38,571 bases of DNA, taken from a virus. Lineage: Duplodnaviria; Caudoviricetes. The notes under the pieces were generated by a model. The model saw only the letters and a list, made by a program, of their open reading frames with translations. It ran no database searches and was not told the DNA's origin. Made by a program: the position numbers and the translations under genes. Numbering within the stretch: the stretch's first letter is position 1; the number at the start of each line of letters is the position of its first letter. This document shows, piece after piece, positions 10,986 through 18,682 of the stretch. The DNA lies in IMG/VR virus record IMGVR_UViG_3300032255_000174, positions 1 through 38,571 of that record, one strand, 5' to 3'.

Positions 10986-11339
10986 TTAAGCGTCCTCGTT
11001 TTTGGCAATCAAGGCACCCGCCTCGATCATCATAATGTCCGCCCAGAGCGCGGGCGTGACGGTAAATCCTGCGACCTCGAGCCCCGCGCGGGCACCTGCG
11101 TAATCCAGCCCCGTAATCTGCGCGGGCCCCATGCCGCCGGATCGCCATCGCCACTGCGTCTGGATCGCAAGAAAGGCCAGTGCAGCTTCAACGTTGTCAG
11201 ACCAGACACCGTCATCATCGGTGTCGTTGGGGAGTAGGTCGGTATCGATTCCCCACAGGTCAAAATCATCTTTGAGGTCGGTCTCTGTTTGCGAGTGGTC
11301 GAGCCTGCCGTGATACCATGCAGACCCGACCCATTTTAG
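10986..11339 (-). CDS. Tail assembly chaperone C-terminal extension (DUF1799-like), reached by -1 frameshift; absent from ORF track
   Basis: Open frame LKWVGSAWYHG...VWSDNVEAALAFLAIQTQWRW...TGLDYAG...IMMIEAGAL..EDA* with no start codon of its own near the 5' end; G GGA AAC heptamer at 11339-11345. Confidence 0.85.
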   Translation of the reverse strand, partial: LKWVGSAWYHGRLDHSQTETDLKDDFDLWGIDTDLLPNDTDDDGVWSDNVEAALAFLAIQTQWRWRSGGMGPAQITGLDYAGARAGLEVAGFTVTPALWADIMMIEAGALIAKNEDA

Positions 11340-11668
11340 TTTCCCGAGCGGGCCTTGGTGATTGCCTCGAGATAGGCCGTGATCAGACCTTGGCGGATCG
11401 GATGGTCGTTAATCAGTGCATCGCGCATCGCGTCATTGAATGGGATTGGCTTTTCATTTTCATCGACCAGATCATCGCTGAACCCGACAATCGCCAATTT
11501 CAGCAGACCGGCAGTGCCCTCGCGCGTGGCGACGTTGTGCTCTTCGGCCTGATCGGCAGGGACCACGCGGAACTGGCATCCGAAGCTTTGCAGCTCATAG
11601 CCGCCGTCTACCGGCACCATAACGTCGACAGTGTGGGTGAATTTGCGGTCCTTGATGACTTTGAACAT
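11336..11668 (-). CDS. Tail assembly chaperone (G-like)
   Basis: MFKVIKDRKFTHTVDV...ARSGN*; AAGGA RBS before ATG at 11668; between tail tube and tape measure. Confidence 0.85.
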   Translation of the reverse strand: MFKVIKDRKFTHTVDVMVPVDGGYELQSFGCQFRVVPADQAEEHNVATREGTAGLLKLAIVGFSDDLVDENEKPIPFNDAMRDALINDHPIRQGLITAYLEAITKARSGN

Positions 11669-11809
11669 GGGTGTTTCCTTGTTTGAAATGTTGGCTGACT
11701 GGGGGGACGACCTGTCCCCCCTTTGGCTATGTTGACCGCTGGGACCGTCAGTCCGCCCCTTCGGTTCTGCCGCTGCCCGTTGGCAGCCCACTACAGATCG
11801 CCGGGGGTA

Positions 11810-12739
11810 TTACGTGAGCGTGAGTGTCCACTGGTCATTGCCTGCCGTTGGCAACGGCTGTGCCTTGAGCGGCCACTCGACTTTGCCCTGCACGTCTTCC
11901 AAACCTTGCGGGCGTTGAATTTCGATCTTGGGCATAGCCAGCGTTGCGATGCGCCCGGCTGCTTTCCCGTGCACAAGAATAAGAGCCAGATCATCGTCAG
12001 AAAGTGCTGCGGCATAAGGATCAAAGGTGGTCAGCGGCACCGCCTTCACAGTGAAATCGACCATCTCGGCCTTGTCAGTGATGTCGACCAGTTCCTCGCC
12101 CACCAGAAAGCTGGGCTGCACATCGTTGCCGAGAGCCAACATCAACTTGCGCAAAACGAGTGACAGGCCACCGAGGCTGAAGGTGGTGTTTGCCTGTGTC
12201 ACGACCTGCGGCTTTTTGTAGGCCGCCAGCGTTGGCGTTGGCACGGCTTCTTCGGTTGGTTGTGTAAACAGACCTGTGAACGTGAAGCGCAGGTAGGGGA
12301 TACCCTGCGCCGTGAAATCCAAGCTGCAGTCGCCGCGCATACCTGTCGACACAAATTTCGTGCCATCCAGCCCAAACCACAATGTCACACTCTCGTGGTT
12401 GTCCGATACTGGATTGTAGGTCACTGATGTGAGCGCAGTAACTGTCTCTGCGACAGCGCAGGCTCGCAACAGAGGACCCCACGCAGGGGCAGTGCCAGCG
12501 GTGCCGGATGGCTCCAGCTCGACATTGAAAGTGACTTTGGTATGCAACTCGACCGGCAAGGTGCCTTGGGCACCCAAATAGGGCTGTTCGAGGTTGCGGC
12601 TGACATCGTTGCCTTCCATCGGCATGATCTTGAAATCCGTTGTCAGAACAGCATTGGCCGCGCCTGTGGGCGTCGGGTCCACGCCATATGCGGTCTCGAG
12701 CTTTACGAGGACGGTTTTTTTGCGCCAGTATTTGGTCAT
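11810..12739 (-). CDS. Major tail tube protein
   Basis: 309 aa; KLETAYGVDP, SGTAGTAPAWGPLLRAC; no sheath gene nearby. Confidence 0.85.
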   Translation of the reverse strand: MTKYWRKKTVLVKLETAYGVDPTPTGAANAVLTTDFKIMPMEGNDVSRNLEQPYLGAQGTLPVELHTKVTFNVELEPSGTAGTAPAWGPLLRACAVAETVTALTSVTYNPVSDNHESVTLWFGLDGTKFVSTGMRGDCSLDFTAQGIPYLRFTFTGLFTQPTEEAVPTPTLAAYKKPQVVTQANTTFSLGGLSLVLRKLMLALGNDVQPSFLVGEELVDITDKAEMVDFTVKAVPLTTFDPYAAALSDDDLALILVHGKAAGRIATLAMPKIEIQRPQGLEDVQGKVEWPLKAQPLPTAGNDQWTLTLT

Positions 12740-12898
12740 CTAGGCCTCCTTCGGCTCGGGTTTAACGGGGTGAACGGTCTCGGATGTCTTGTCCAAGGGC
12801 CGTGGCTCGGCGGGCGTTTCCACCTTTTTCAGATCACCGTTCTTTTGGCGGAGATAACTGCCACCAGACTGGGGTAGGGCATCAGGTTTTTTGGTCAT
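12740..12898 (-). CDS. Small 52-aa protein (MTKKPDALPQSGGSYLRQKNGDLKKV...KEA)
   Basis: Fills the gap exactly: ATG overlaps upstream TGA, TAG abuts the tube ATG; below ORF track cutoff. Confidence 0.7.
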   Translation of the reverse strand: MTKKPDALPQSGGSYLRQKNGDLKKVETPAEPRPLDKTSETVHPVKPEPKEA

Positions 12899-13326
12899 GA
12901 CATGATCCTCAATTGGTCGGAGATGCGAAAGTCGAGCTGATAGACCAGCGCGCCATCGGTGATGTTGCGTAGGCTGCCGCTGACAAGCTGAAACACGCCA
13001 ACCTCTGTCGATGGGGCCCAGCCTGACAGCGCTGCGATGACTTCTGCTTTGATGGCGTCGATGGGCTCTAATTTGTCGCGACCAACCGGATCGCTGGAGC
13101 GGACGGTAAAGATCACACCAAAGGTCTCAACGGTGTCTTGGGTAAATGCACCGGCTGCGGCTTCTGCTTTGCCGCCCTGAAGGCCGACAGGCACGATATG
13201 TGCGGCAGGCGTGACATGCGGCAGGCGCTTGGACTGCATCATTGCCGCAAAACTGCCCGCACCCTCGACCCGACCGCTAAAGACGGGCGCGTTAGATTTC
13301 AGGCGCGTGATGATGTCGGCAATCAT
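12895..13326 (-). CDS. Tail terminator (Mu gp37-like)
   Basis: Position after gp36; PAAHIVP, VIAALSGWAP, LVYQLDF. Confidence 0.75.
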   Translation of the reverse strand: MIADIITRLKSNAPVFSGRVEGAGSFAAMMQSKRLPHVTPAAHIVPVGLQGGKAEAAAGAFTQDTVETFGVIFTVRSSDPVGRDKLEPIDAIKAEVIAALSGWAPSTEVGVFQLVSGSLRNITDGALVYQLDFRISDQLRIMS

Positions 13327-13754
13327 CCGATGAAGCCTTTGAGATTGTCATTTGTGAAGGGTCGCTTGCGGTCGGTGATGCGCACGCCGCTGGCCCCATT
13401 GTTGGCGGCAGGTTTACCTGCAATCGTCAGAGTGATCCCACCTTTGGCAATCTCGCGCAGAGCGCGCAGCGCGTCTTGATAGTCTTGGGTGATTTTGTCT
13501 TCGGCGGAGTAGACGTGCAGTTTGTAGATCGCGATCGACAAAGCGAGATCGACCAATTGAACCGGCACCGATGCGACGGGCAATGCGTAGCGCGCCTCGA
13601 GATAACCGTCGATCACAGCGTCGGTGTCCGCCAAAGCTTGGCTCACGATGCTGGCGTCAATTTGCCCAGTTGGCGGTGTCGCCCGATCCGTCACCCGGAT
13701 AAGGAGATCATCGCCAAAACGGCTTTTGAGCTGATCGAGAGTTGCATAGGGCAC
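13323..13754 (-). CDS. Head-tail connector (Mu gp36 / DUF1320)
   Basis: YATLDQL..RFG, IDGYL..RYALP, YQDALRALREIAKG motifs. Confidence 0.9.
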   Translation of the reverse strand: MPYATLDQLKSRFGDDLLIRVTDRATPPTGQIDASIVSQALADTDAVIDGYLEARYALPVASVPVQLVDLALSIAIYKLHVYSAEDKITQDYQDALRALREIAKGGITLTIAGKPAANNGASGVRITDRKRPFTNDNLKGFIG

Positions 13755-13798
13755 GGGTGGCAGACCTTTGGTTTGAAGCCCTTTTAAACGGGCTTAAA

Positions 13799-14227
13799 TT
13801 AGCGAGATGCAGCGGCGTTGATGATGAGAAGTGGATCGCGCTCGAGTGCGGCAATCTGGTCTTCAGTCAGATCACTGACCGCGATGACCGTGGGCTCAAG
13901 GGTAAATTGCCGACCGATGCGCCAACGACCCTTTTTGGGTCCAACGACAGTGATTGTCGGGCCTTCTTCGCTGGCTGCGGCTTGCGCGTCGGCTGCGGCT
14001 TGCGCGTCGGCTGCGGCTTGCGTGTCGGCTGCGGCTTGCGCGTCAGATTTGAGTGCTGCACCCGAGATAGTCTCGGCGACTGGTTGATTGCCGGTAGATT
14101 GATCCGCAGGGCTTGCGTTCGCGGCCTCTGTGTCTTTGATCAGTTTGGCAAGCTTTGTGTTGCTCAAGCCTGTGCCATCGAGCTTCAATTCGGTAGCGCG
14201 GGCGTCCAGTTTTTCACGAGCGGTCAT
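13799..14227 (-). CDS. Mu gp35 / HI1506-like head-associated protein with low-complexity linker
   Basis: C-terminal GRWRIGRQF...LTEDQIAALERDPLL; GGAG RBS; immediately after capsid gene. Confidence 0.7.
   Translation of the reverse strand: MTAREKLDARATELKLDGTGLSNTKLAKLIKDTEAANASPADQSTGNQPVAETISGAALKSDAQAAADTQAAADAQAAADAQAAASEEGPTITVVGPKKGRWRIGRQFTLEPTVIAVSDLTEDQIAALERDPLLIINAAASR
13973..14044. repeat. Four tandem copies of 18-bp GGCTGCGGCTTGCGYGTC (encodes DAQAAA)
   Basis: Units start at 13973, 13991, 14009, 14027; one substitution. Confidence 0.95.
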
Positions 14228-14257
14228 GAGATTTCTCCAATTTTGGGATCAGTTGAC

Positions 14258-14286
14258 TAAAGCGGTCCGGGTCTCTCCGGACCGCT
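14258..14286 (-). terminator. Hairpin after major capsid gene, probable weak terminator or mRNA stabiliser
   Basis: 10-bp perfect stem AGCGGTCCGG/CCGGACCGCT, 6-nt loop, only a short U tract. Confidence 0.6.
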
Positions 14287-14303
14287 CAATTAACTGATGG
14301 GTG

Positions 14304-15197
14304 TTAGGCCAGCCAAGAAACGATCAGCAGCTCGGCTGTGCCTTTCCATTCGTTGGTTTCCCCGCCTGCGGCATTTTCAGAGTTGAGCAGCTTGCGCGCA
14401 GCGCTCTCTTGCGACGGGCCGACAACCAGCAAGTTCGGCGTCAGGGCCAATGGACGCCCATGGTCGCCTTTCATGCTGGACAAAGCGGCGCGGGCAATGG
14501 CGTAGTTTGCCGCGTTCATCGGCTGTTTGGAGCCCCACGCCATCTGCCAGAAACCATAACCGACCCCGGCGCGGCTTTCGGAGCCGTAGATGAATGTCTT
14601 GTTCATGAAGACGTTTTCGTCGGTGTCTTTGTCCAAGGCGGTGAATTTGGCTGCTTGACGCTCTTGGTAGATGAGCGGTTTGACGTCTTCGTTTGTGCAA
14701 AGTAGGAACCAGGGCGAACCGGTGCCGCCATCCGTGTTTGCAACAGTGATCATTTCACCGTCTTCACCAATGACAGGGTGATCCGTGTCAAAGAACGGCT
14801 GGCCATCGTAGCACTCGTCGACAAAACCGGCTTTGAGCTTGTCCCAGACCATTTTTTCAGGATGGCGCGCCATCGAGCGGCCCATTGATTTGAAACGGCT
14901 GCCATAAGTCCCAAGCTCGTCATCGGCAATCGCATTGCGCGGCACCGAAACGGTCAGCTCGAAGTCCTTGTTTGGGACGCGGTAGTCGTGTTCTTTCAGG
15001 CCGTGGATAACCCGTGGGCCAATCCATTCGCGCACACCGGGCAAATCGCCAAGCCAGCCATAAAGGTTTTCGCTGGAGGATGACGGCATGGTCTCTGAGA
15101 CCTTGTCGCGCATCGCGGGGACGTCTTTGAAGGCGTCGTCGTATTTCTTGGAGAAACCAACGCGCAGGGCGGCGAGAGATGTTGAATTGATAAGCAT
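14304..15197 (-). CDS. Mu-like major capsid protein (gpT)
   Basis: YGWLGDLPGVREWIGPR, CYDGQPFFDTDHPV, GYGFWQMAWGS. Confidence 0.95.
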   Translation of the reverse strand: MLINSTSLAALRVGFSKKYDDAFKDVPAMRDKVSETMPSSSSENLYGWLGDLPGVREWIGPRVIHGLKEHDYRVPNKDFELTVSVPRNAIADDELGTYGSRFKSMGRSMARHPEKMVWDKLKAGFVDECYDGQPFFDTDHPVIGEDGEMITVANTDGGTGSPWFLLCTNEDVKPLIYQERQAAKFTALDKDTDENVFMNKTFIYGSESRAGVGYGFWQMAWGSKQPMNAANYAIARAALSSMKGDHGRPLALTPNLLVVGPSQESAARKLLNSENAAGGETNEWKGTAELLIVSWLA

Positions 15198-15212
15198 GAT
15201 CAGTGTTTCCTC

Positions 15213-15647
15213 TTAGGACGCAATACGGGTGATGGCTTCGTCGAACCGGACCCAGACGCCCAGATCGTCGACATCGTCTACAACGCCCGCCTTCGAGCGG
15301 GTGCCAGTGCCATCGGTTTTGGCGACGGTTTGGTCATCAACGGCAAAGCAAGCCTTGCCGATATCAGCGATGGTGACCTCGTCAGTGGTCGCCGAATTGG
15401 CATAGCGGAAACGCCCGGCCATAAAGCTGACGGCTTTGTCACCGGCTACGCCTGTGGCGTTGTCGACGGTTTCTTCGGCCCGCCCGACGCCCGTCAGGTT
15501 GAGCGCTGTGGTGGCAGGGGCGATAAAACCAGCGGCGTTGCGCACCAACATGGCACCTGCGTGCACGGTTACAGCGGCGGCAAGTTTGCCAACTTGCATG
15601 TCACCCGCTTTGGCCGGGGTGTTACGGCCCGCGATTAGAGCAGTCAT
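15213..15647 (-). CDS. Probable capsid decoration/cement protein
   Basis: Between protease and capsid; DIGKACFAVDDQTV..T...RSKAG...GVWV. Confidence 0.65.
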   Translation of the reverse strand: MTALIAGRNTPAKAGDMQVGKLAAAVTVHAGAMLVRNAAGFIAPATTALNLTGVGRAEETVDNATGVAGDKAVSFMAGRFRYANSATTDEVTIADIGKACFAVDDQTVAKTDGTGTRSKAGVVDDVDDLGVWVRFDEAITRIAS

Positions 15648-16243
15648 TGGCCTGCCTCCTGTGTTTTGAGCTGTGCGGCGAATTCGTCATGTGACATGCC
15701 AAGCTGATCGGCCACCGCGGACTGTTCAGCATTGAGAGACATGACGCCGTCGGCGCTTGGTGGCGGCGCAATCGTTGTGCCCGTGCCTGTCAGCACAGGC
15801 ATAGCTTCAATCAGCGCCACGGCCTCGGTGGGGTCCTTCATGTGCATCGTGATGTAGCGATCACGCACAGGCTTCAGGCCAACACGGCCACGTTTGATTT
15901 CAGCGTCGACAAAGGCCGTCGCTTTATCGCGAGCACCACCTTCGGTCAGGGTGTTCAGCTTTGTGGTCAAAGAAGTGATTTCGGACTGCAGCTCCACCAC
16001 CTCTTTCGGTGTGGCCTCAGCGGATGCTGAAAGCTTGACCGCAGCAAGAACCGCAGCGGCGTCACCGTCCGCAATCCCCAGCACGGTGCCGATTTCGGCA
16101 ATGCTGGACTGTAGAGCAGCGGTTTCAGCCTTGCCCGCACCGTCGGCAAACTTGAGTGCCTTCTCAACCGCAGAGGCGATATCTGCCTCGGTTGCGTCGT
16201 CGGCAAGGCCAAGCATCTTGGCCATTCGTTGGATGAAAGACAT
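15644..16243 (-). CDS. Scaffold protein Z from an internal in-frame start
   Basis: AGGAG RBS (16250-16254) 6 nt before ATG of MSFIQRMAK, just after the protease domain. Confidence 0.7.
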   Translation of the reverse strand: MSFIQRMAKMLGLADDATEADIASAVEKALKFADGAGKAETAALQSSIAEIGTVLGIADGDAAAVLAAVKLSASAEATPKEVVELQSEITSLTTKLNTLTEGGARDKATAFVDAEIKRGRVGLKPVRDRYITMHMKDPTEAVALIEAMPVLTGTGTTIAPPPSADGVMSLNAEQSAVADQLGMSHDEFAAQLKTQEAGQ

Positions 16244-16735
16244 CAGGGTCTCCTGTTGATGTAGTTGGGTCAGCCCGCGCAGGTTGGGCCGGTTGACAAG
16301 GCTGGCATTGGCCAGTCTCGAAATACGTTTGTCGGTCTCGGAAGCGTGCATCACGACGGGCGAAATGCCGCGATAGGCACGGCTGGTGACCAGCTTGGCC
16401 CCTTCCTCTGTCCATTCGACGCGGCCCCAGAGACCGTCATCGCGCGCTTGCATTTCCCTGATCCAGCCTACGGCACGCGCGTCACCGCCATTTGGGGCTG
16501 CAAGGAATGTTGCGTGATTGATGTCGATTTCAAGCGCATCACGATCGGCAAACGAGTTGGTGATGATTTCTGCGAAGGGGGACAGGGTATAGGGACCACG
16601 GCTGTCGCCTGTTTGCACAAGGCCGTCAGCAGGGGCAGGTAGCAGGTGGACCCATTCTGGCGCAGCGTTTGCCGCGCCATCTGTGACGAGCATTGTCTGG
16701 GCCATTAAAGCTGTTTGGAGGGGTGCAAGTTTCAT
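15644..16735 (-). CDS. Mu-like prohead protease I with C-terminal scaffold
   Basis: PEWVHLLP, IDINH, AVGWI, GLWGRVEWT, YRGISPV, SLVNRPNL; start placed at MKLAP. Confidence 0.92.
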   Translation of the reverse strand: MKLAPLQTALMAQTMLVTDGAANAAPEWVHLLPAPADGLVQTGDSRGPYTLSPFAEIITNSFADRDALEIDINHATFLAAPNGGDARAVGWIREMQARDDGLWGRVEWTEEGAKLVTSRAYRGISPVVMHASETDKRISRLANASLVNRPNLRGLTQLHQQETLMSFIQRMAKMLGLADDATEADIASAVEKALKFADGAGKAETAALQSSIAEIGTVLGIADGDAAAVLAAVKLSASAEATPKEVVELQSEITSLTTKLNTLTEGGARDKATAFVDAEIKRGRVGLKPVRDRYITMHMKDPTEAVALIEAMPVLTGTGTTIAPPPSADGVMSLNAEQSAVADQLGMSHDEFAAQLKTQEAGQ

Positions 16736-16763
16736 GCCGTAAATATCGCGGCACGGCGTCTTT

Positions 16764-16789
16764 AAAACTACGCACAACGGTCTGTGGGG
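16764..16789 (-). promoter_or_regulatory. Late promoter activator site upstream of protease gene
   Basis: AAAACTACGCACAACGGTCTGTGGGG, 25/26 identical to 25794-25819. Confidence 0.8.
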
Positions 16790-16847
16790 ACTATCCGAGA
16801 CGCTGCGATACCAAACTGACGCGCTTGGCGTGTCAGGTCAATCGGAA

Positions 16848-17366
16848 CTATTGGGCCGCACTATTGGGCAGTGACGCAAACCAGTCGTCAATGATGCCGG
16901 GGATCGCCTGCAGATCGTCGTCCGATATTCCCAAGAAAGGCCGCGCGGGGATGTTGCCCCACGGGATAGAATGGAAATGATCGCGGCCCAGTTTGTCTTT
17001 TCCGATGAAAGCACCAAACGCACCTTGCGCGGCCCCGAATTGCATCACGGCGGCCTGAATGGCGTTGGAGCCGACTTCGACCGAACTGGGGCCATATTGG
17101 TGGAAAATACCCTGACGCATACCACCAGACTGGTGCAGCGGGCCCTTGAATGACTTATTCTCCTTGGCATAGCGGTTGAGCGTGGTCTGGGATCGCGGCG
17201 CGAAAGGGGTGCCGTCAGGGGAGATACCGCTATCGATCCGGTCACGGCTCGTCTTTGCCAGATAGGCACCAATACGCTCCATCGGCTTGCTTAGATCGCC
17301 GAGGTCAGTAGAGAGCCGCGCCAATGCGCTGGCGACCGCGTCATCATTGATTTCGACCTTATACAT
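16848..17366 (-). CDS. Phage virion morphogenesis protein (Mu gpG / tail completion)
   Basis: PDGTPFAP, VEVGSN..QAAVMQFG, IPARPFLGIS. Confidence 0.92.
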   Translation of the reverse strand: MYKVEINDDAVASALARLSTDLGDLSKPMERIGAYLAKTSRDRIDSGISPDGTPFAPRSQTTLNRYAKENKSFKGPLHQSGGMRQGIFHQYGPSSVEVGSNAIQAAVMQFGAAQGAFGAFIGKDKLGRDHFHSIPWGNIPARPFLGISDDDLQAIPGIIDDWFASLPNSAAQ

Positions 17367-17376
17367 GCTATATATA
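17347..17376 (+). promoter_or_regulatory. Candidate sigma70-type promoter firing antisense to the late operon
   Basis: TTGATT (17347-17352), 16-nt spacer, TATATA within TGCTATATATA. Confidence 0.5.
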
Positions 17377-17380
17377 CCTC

Positions 17381-17452
17381 ATTGGCTGGCATCTACCTGC
17401 TGCTCTTCGGGAGTGGAGACGCTTGGGGCGATGAATGGAGGGGTCAGCCAGC
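17381..17452 (+). ncRNA. Candidate structured small RNA convergent with muF
   Basis: Closing stem 17383-17390/17443-17450, inner hairpins 17401-17415 and 17420-17430; G-U pairs favour the plus strand; upstream promoter. Confidence 0.5.
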
Positions 17453-18682
17453 TTTCCCTTTGATGAAGTAAGACAACAGTGACAGTCGCCTGCGGCGCTT
17501 GTGCAATTCAAACACGCCAACAATCGTGCGGCCATTTTCGGTTAGTTCATACTTGAGACCAGGCCGCCCGCTTTTGGTCGGCGCGACGCCAACCAACCGA
17601 CCAAATTCGATAAGGCGGGGCAACAACGCAAAATCACGCCCCGTGACCCCTATCTGACCTCGTAGGGCTTCGCCGCTAATATTGCCGTGGCTCGCGATAA
17701 TATGTCTGACCTCATTTCCCTTAATGGCATAGTCGAACCCTTTGACAGACGTGCCCGTCAATTGCTCGATCGTCGCGGCTTGGTTTTGGGCCACAAGGCC
17801 CAAGGTCTGGCGCGATGTTGTGCTACTGTCTTGTCCCGCCCGCACGCGCGCAAACATCCGGCCAAGGCTATCGGCCAAAGACGGCAGCGAGCGGTAACTT
17901 TGAGCCAGATCGTCTTTCACCGCATCGGGAACTTCGCGCATGAAGCCGCGCGCTGAATTGTAATTCCAGTCAACAGCTTTTTGGGCCATGACGGCAATCA
18001 ACTCGCTGCGGTCCTTGTCCGGTGAGTAACCCCAACCCTTGCCGATACCAGGTTGCAGCCCGGTGCGCGGATCAATGGAGGCCCAATTATCTGGAAGTCT
18101 GGCATTCGGATCGCCGCCCATGCGGCCAATACCGGCCTCGGATCGGGCACCTTCGACCGTGCAGCCACAGCCCCAATCGTTCGGCGGGAAATGCGCGGCC
18201 CAGAACGGGTGATCAGGGGGCAGGGCGACACCATCCCATGCAAGGTGGTTCAATCTGGGGTGTGCGGCACCGCTGTGGATGTAGATCCAATATTTGTAAC
18301 TTCCATCGACCAGCTGTGCATGGCGACCTGCCATATACGAGGTGCGCATGTTGGTGCGGTAGATTGTGCGCATGCGCCATTCCTCGCCGCGCTTGGTGCC
18401 TTCGCCGGTCCAGCCGTGCCAACCACGTTTTTCCACGATTGATTTGAAATCGCGTTTGAACGCGTCGAAACCGGTGCCATCAATAACGGCCTTGTCGACG
18501 GCGGTGGCCAAATCAGCAAGCAGGTCGGCTTTGACGGCACCGGCGACCATAAATGCACGATCATGTTGGTTGTAAGCCGGGTCAGCCGCGCCAAAGGTCG
18601 GGCGCAGCTCGCGCAGGCGCAAGCGGTAGGCTGCCACTTGGGCATTAAACGGTTTGCGAAACGTGGAGACGAGATCAGGCAT
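17444..18682 (-). CDS. MuF (gp30-like) minor head protein with C-terminal PBECR-like nuclease domain
   Basis: MuF motifs RAFMVAGA, TIYRTN, HPRLNH..WDG, FPPNDWGCGC; extension with RHIIASHG...E..RGQIGVT..DF..LP resembling PBECR3. Confidence 0.85.
   Translation of the reverse strand: MPDLVSTFRKPFNAQVAAYRLRLRELRPTFGAADPAYNQHDRAFMVAGAVKADLLADLATAVDKAVIDGTGFDAFKRDFKSIVEKRGWHGWTGEGTKRGEEWRMRTIYRTNMRTSYMAGRHAQLVDGSYKYWIYIHSGAAHPRLNHLAWDGVALPPDHPFWAAHFPPNDWGCGCTVEGARSEAGIGRMGGDPNARLPDNWASIDPRTGLQPGIGKGWGYSPDKDRSELIAVMAQKAVDWNYNSARGFMREVPDAVKDDLAQSYRSLPSLADSLGRMFARVRAGQDSSTTSRQTLGLVAQNQAATIEQLTGTSVKGFDYAIKGNEVRHIIASHGNISGEALRGQIGVTGRDFALLPRLIEFGRLVGVAPTKSGRPGLKYELTENGRTIVGVFELHKRRRRLSLLSYFIKGKAG

Noticed and set aside
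11758-11765. Extra ACCGAAGG match to the c4 seed upstream of the tail chaperone
   Set aside because: An 8-mer is expected about once by chance in this window, and there is no correctly placed b site
13773-13798. CtrA boxes
   Set aside because: TTAA spacing is 6 or 8 at the dispersed sites that have two TTAA cores, never the 7 required
13973-14044. CRISPR array
   Set aside because: Spacerless in-frame tandem repeat; no cas genes
17395-17435. Hammerhead ribozyme identity for the muF-adjacent RNA
   Set aside because: Three-way topology is similar but CUGANGA and GAAA are not matched (CUGCUGC, GAGA)
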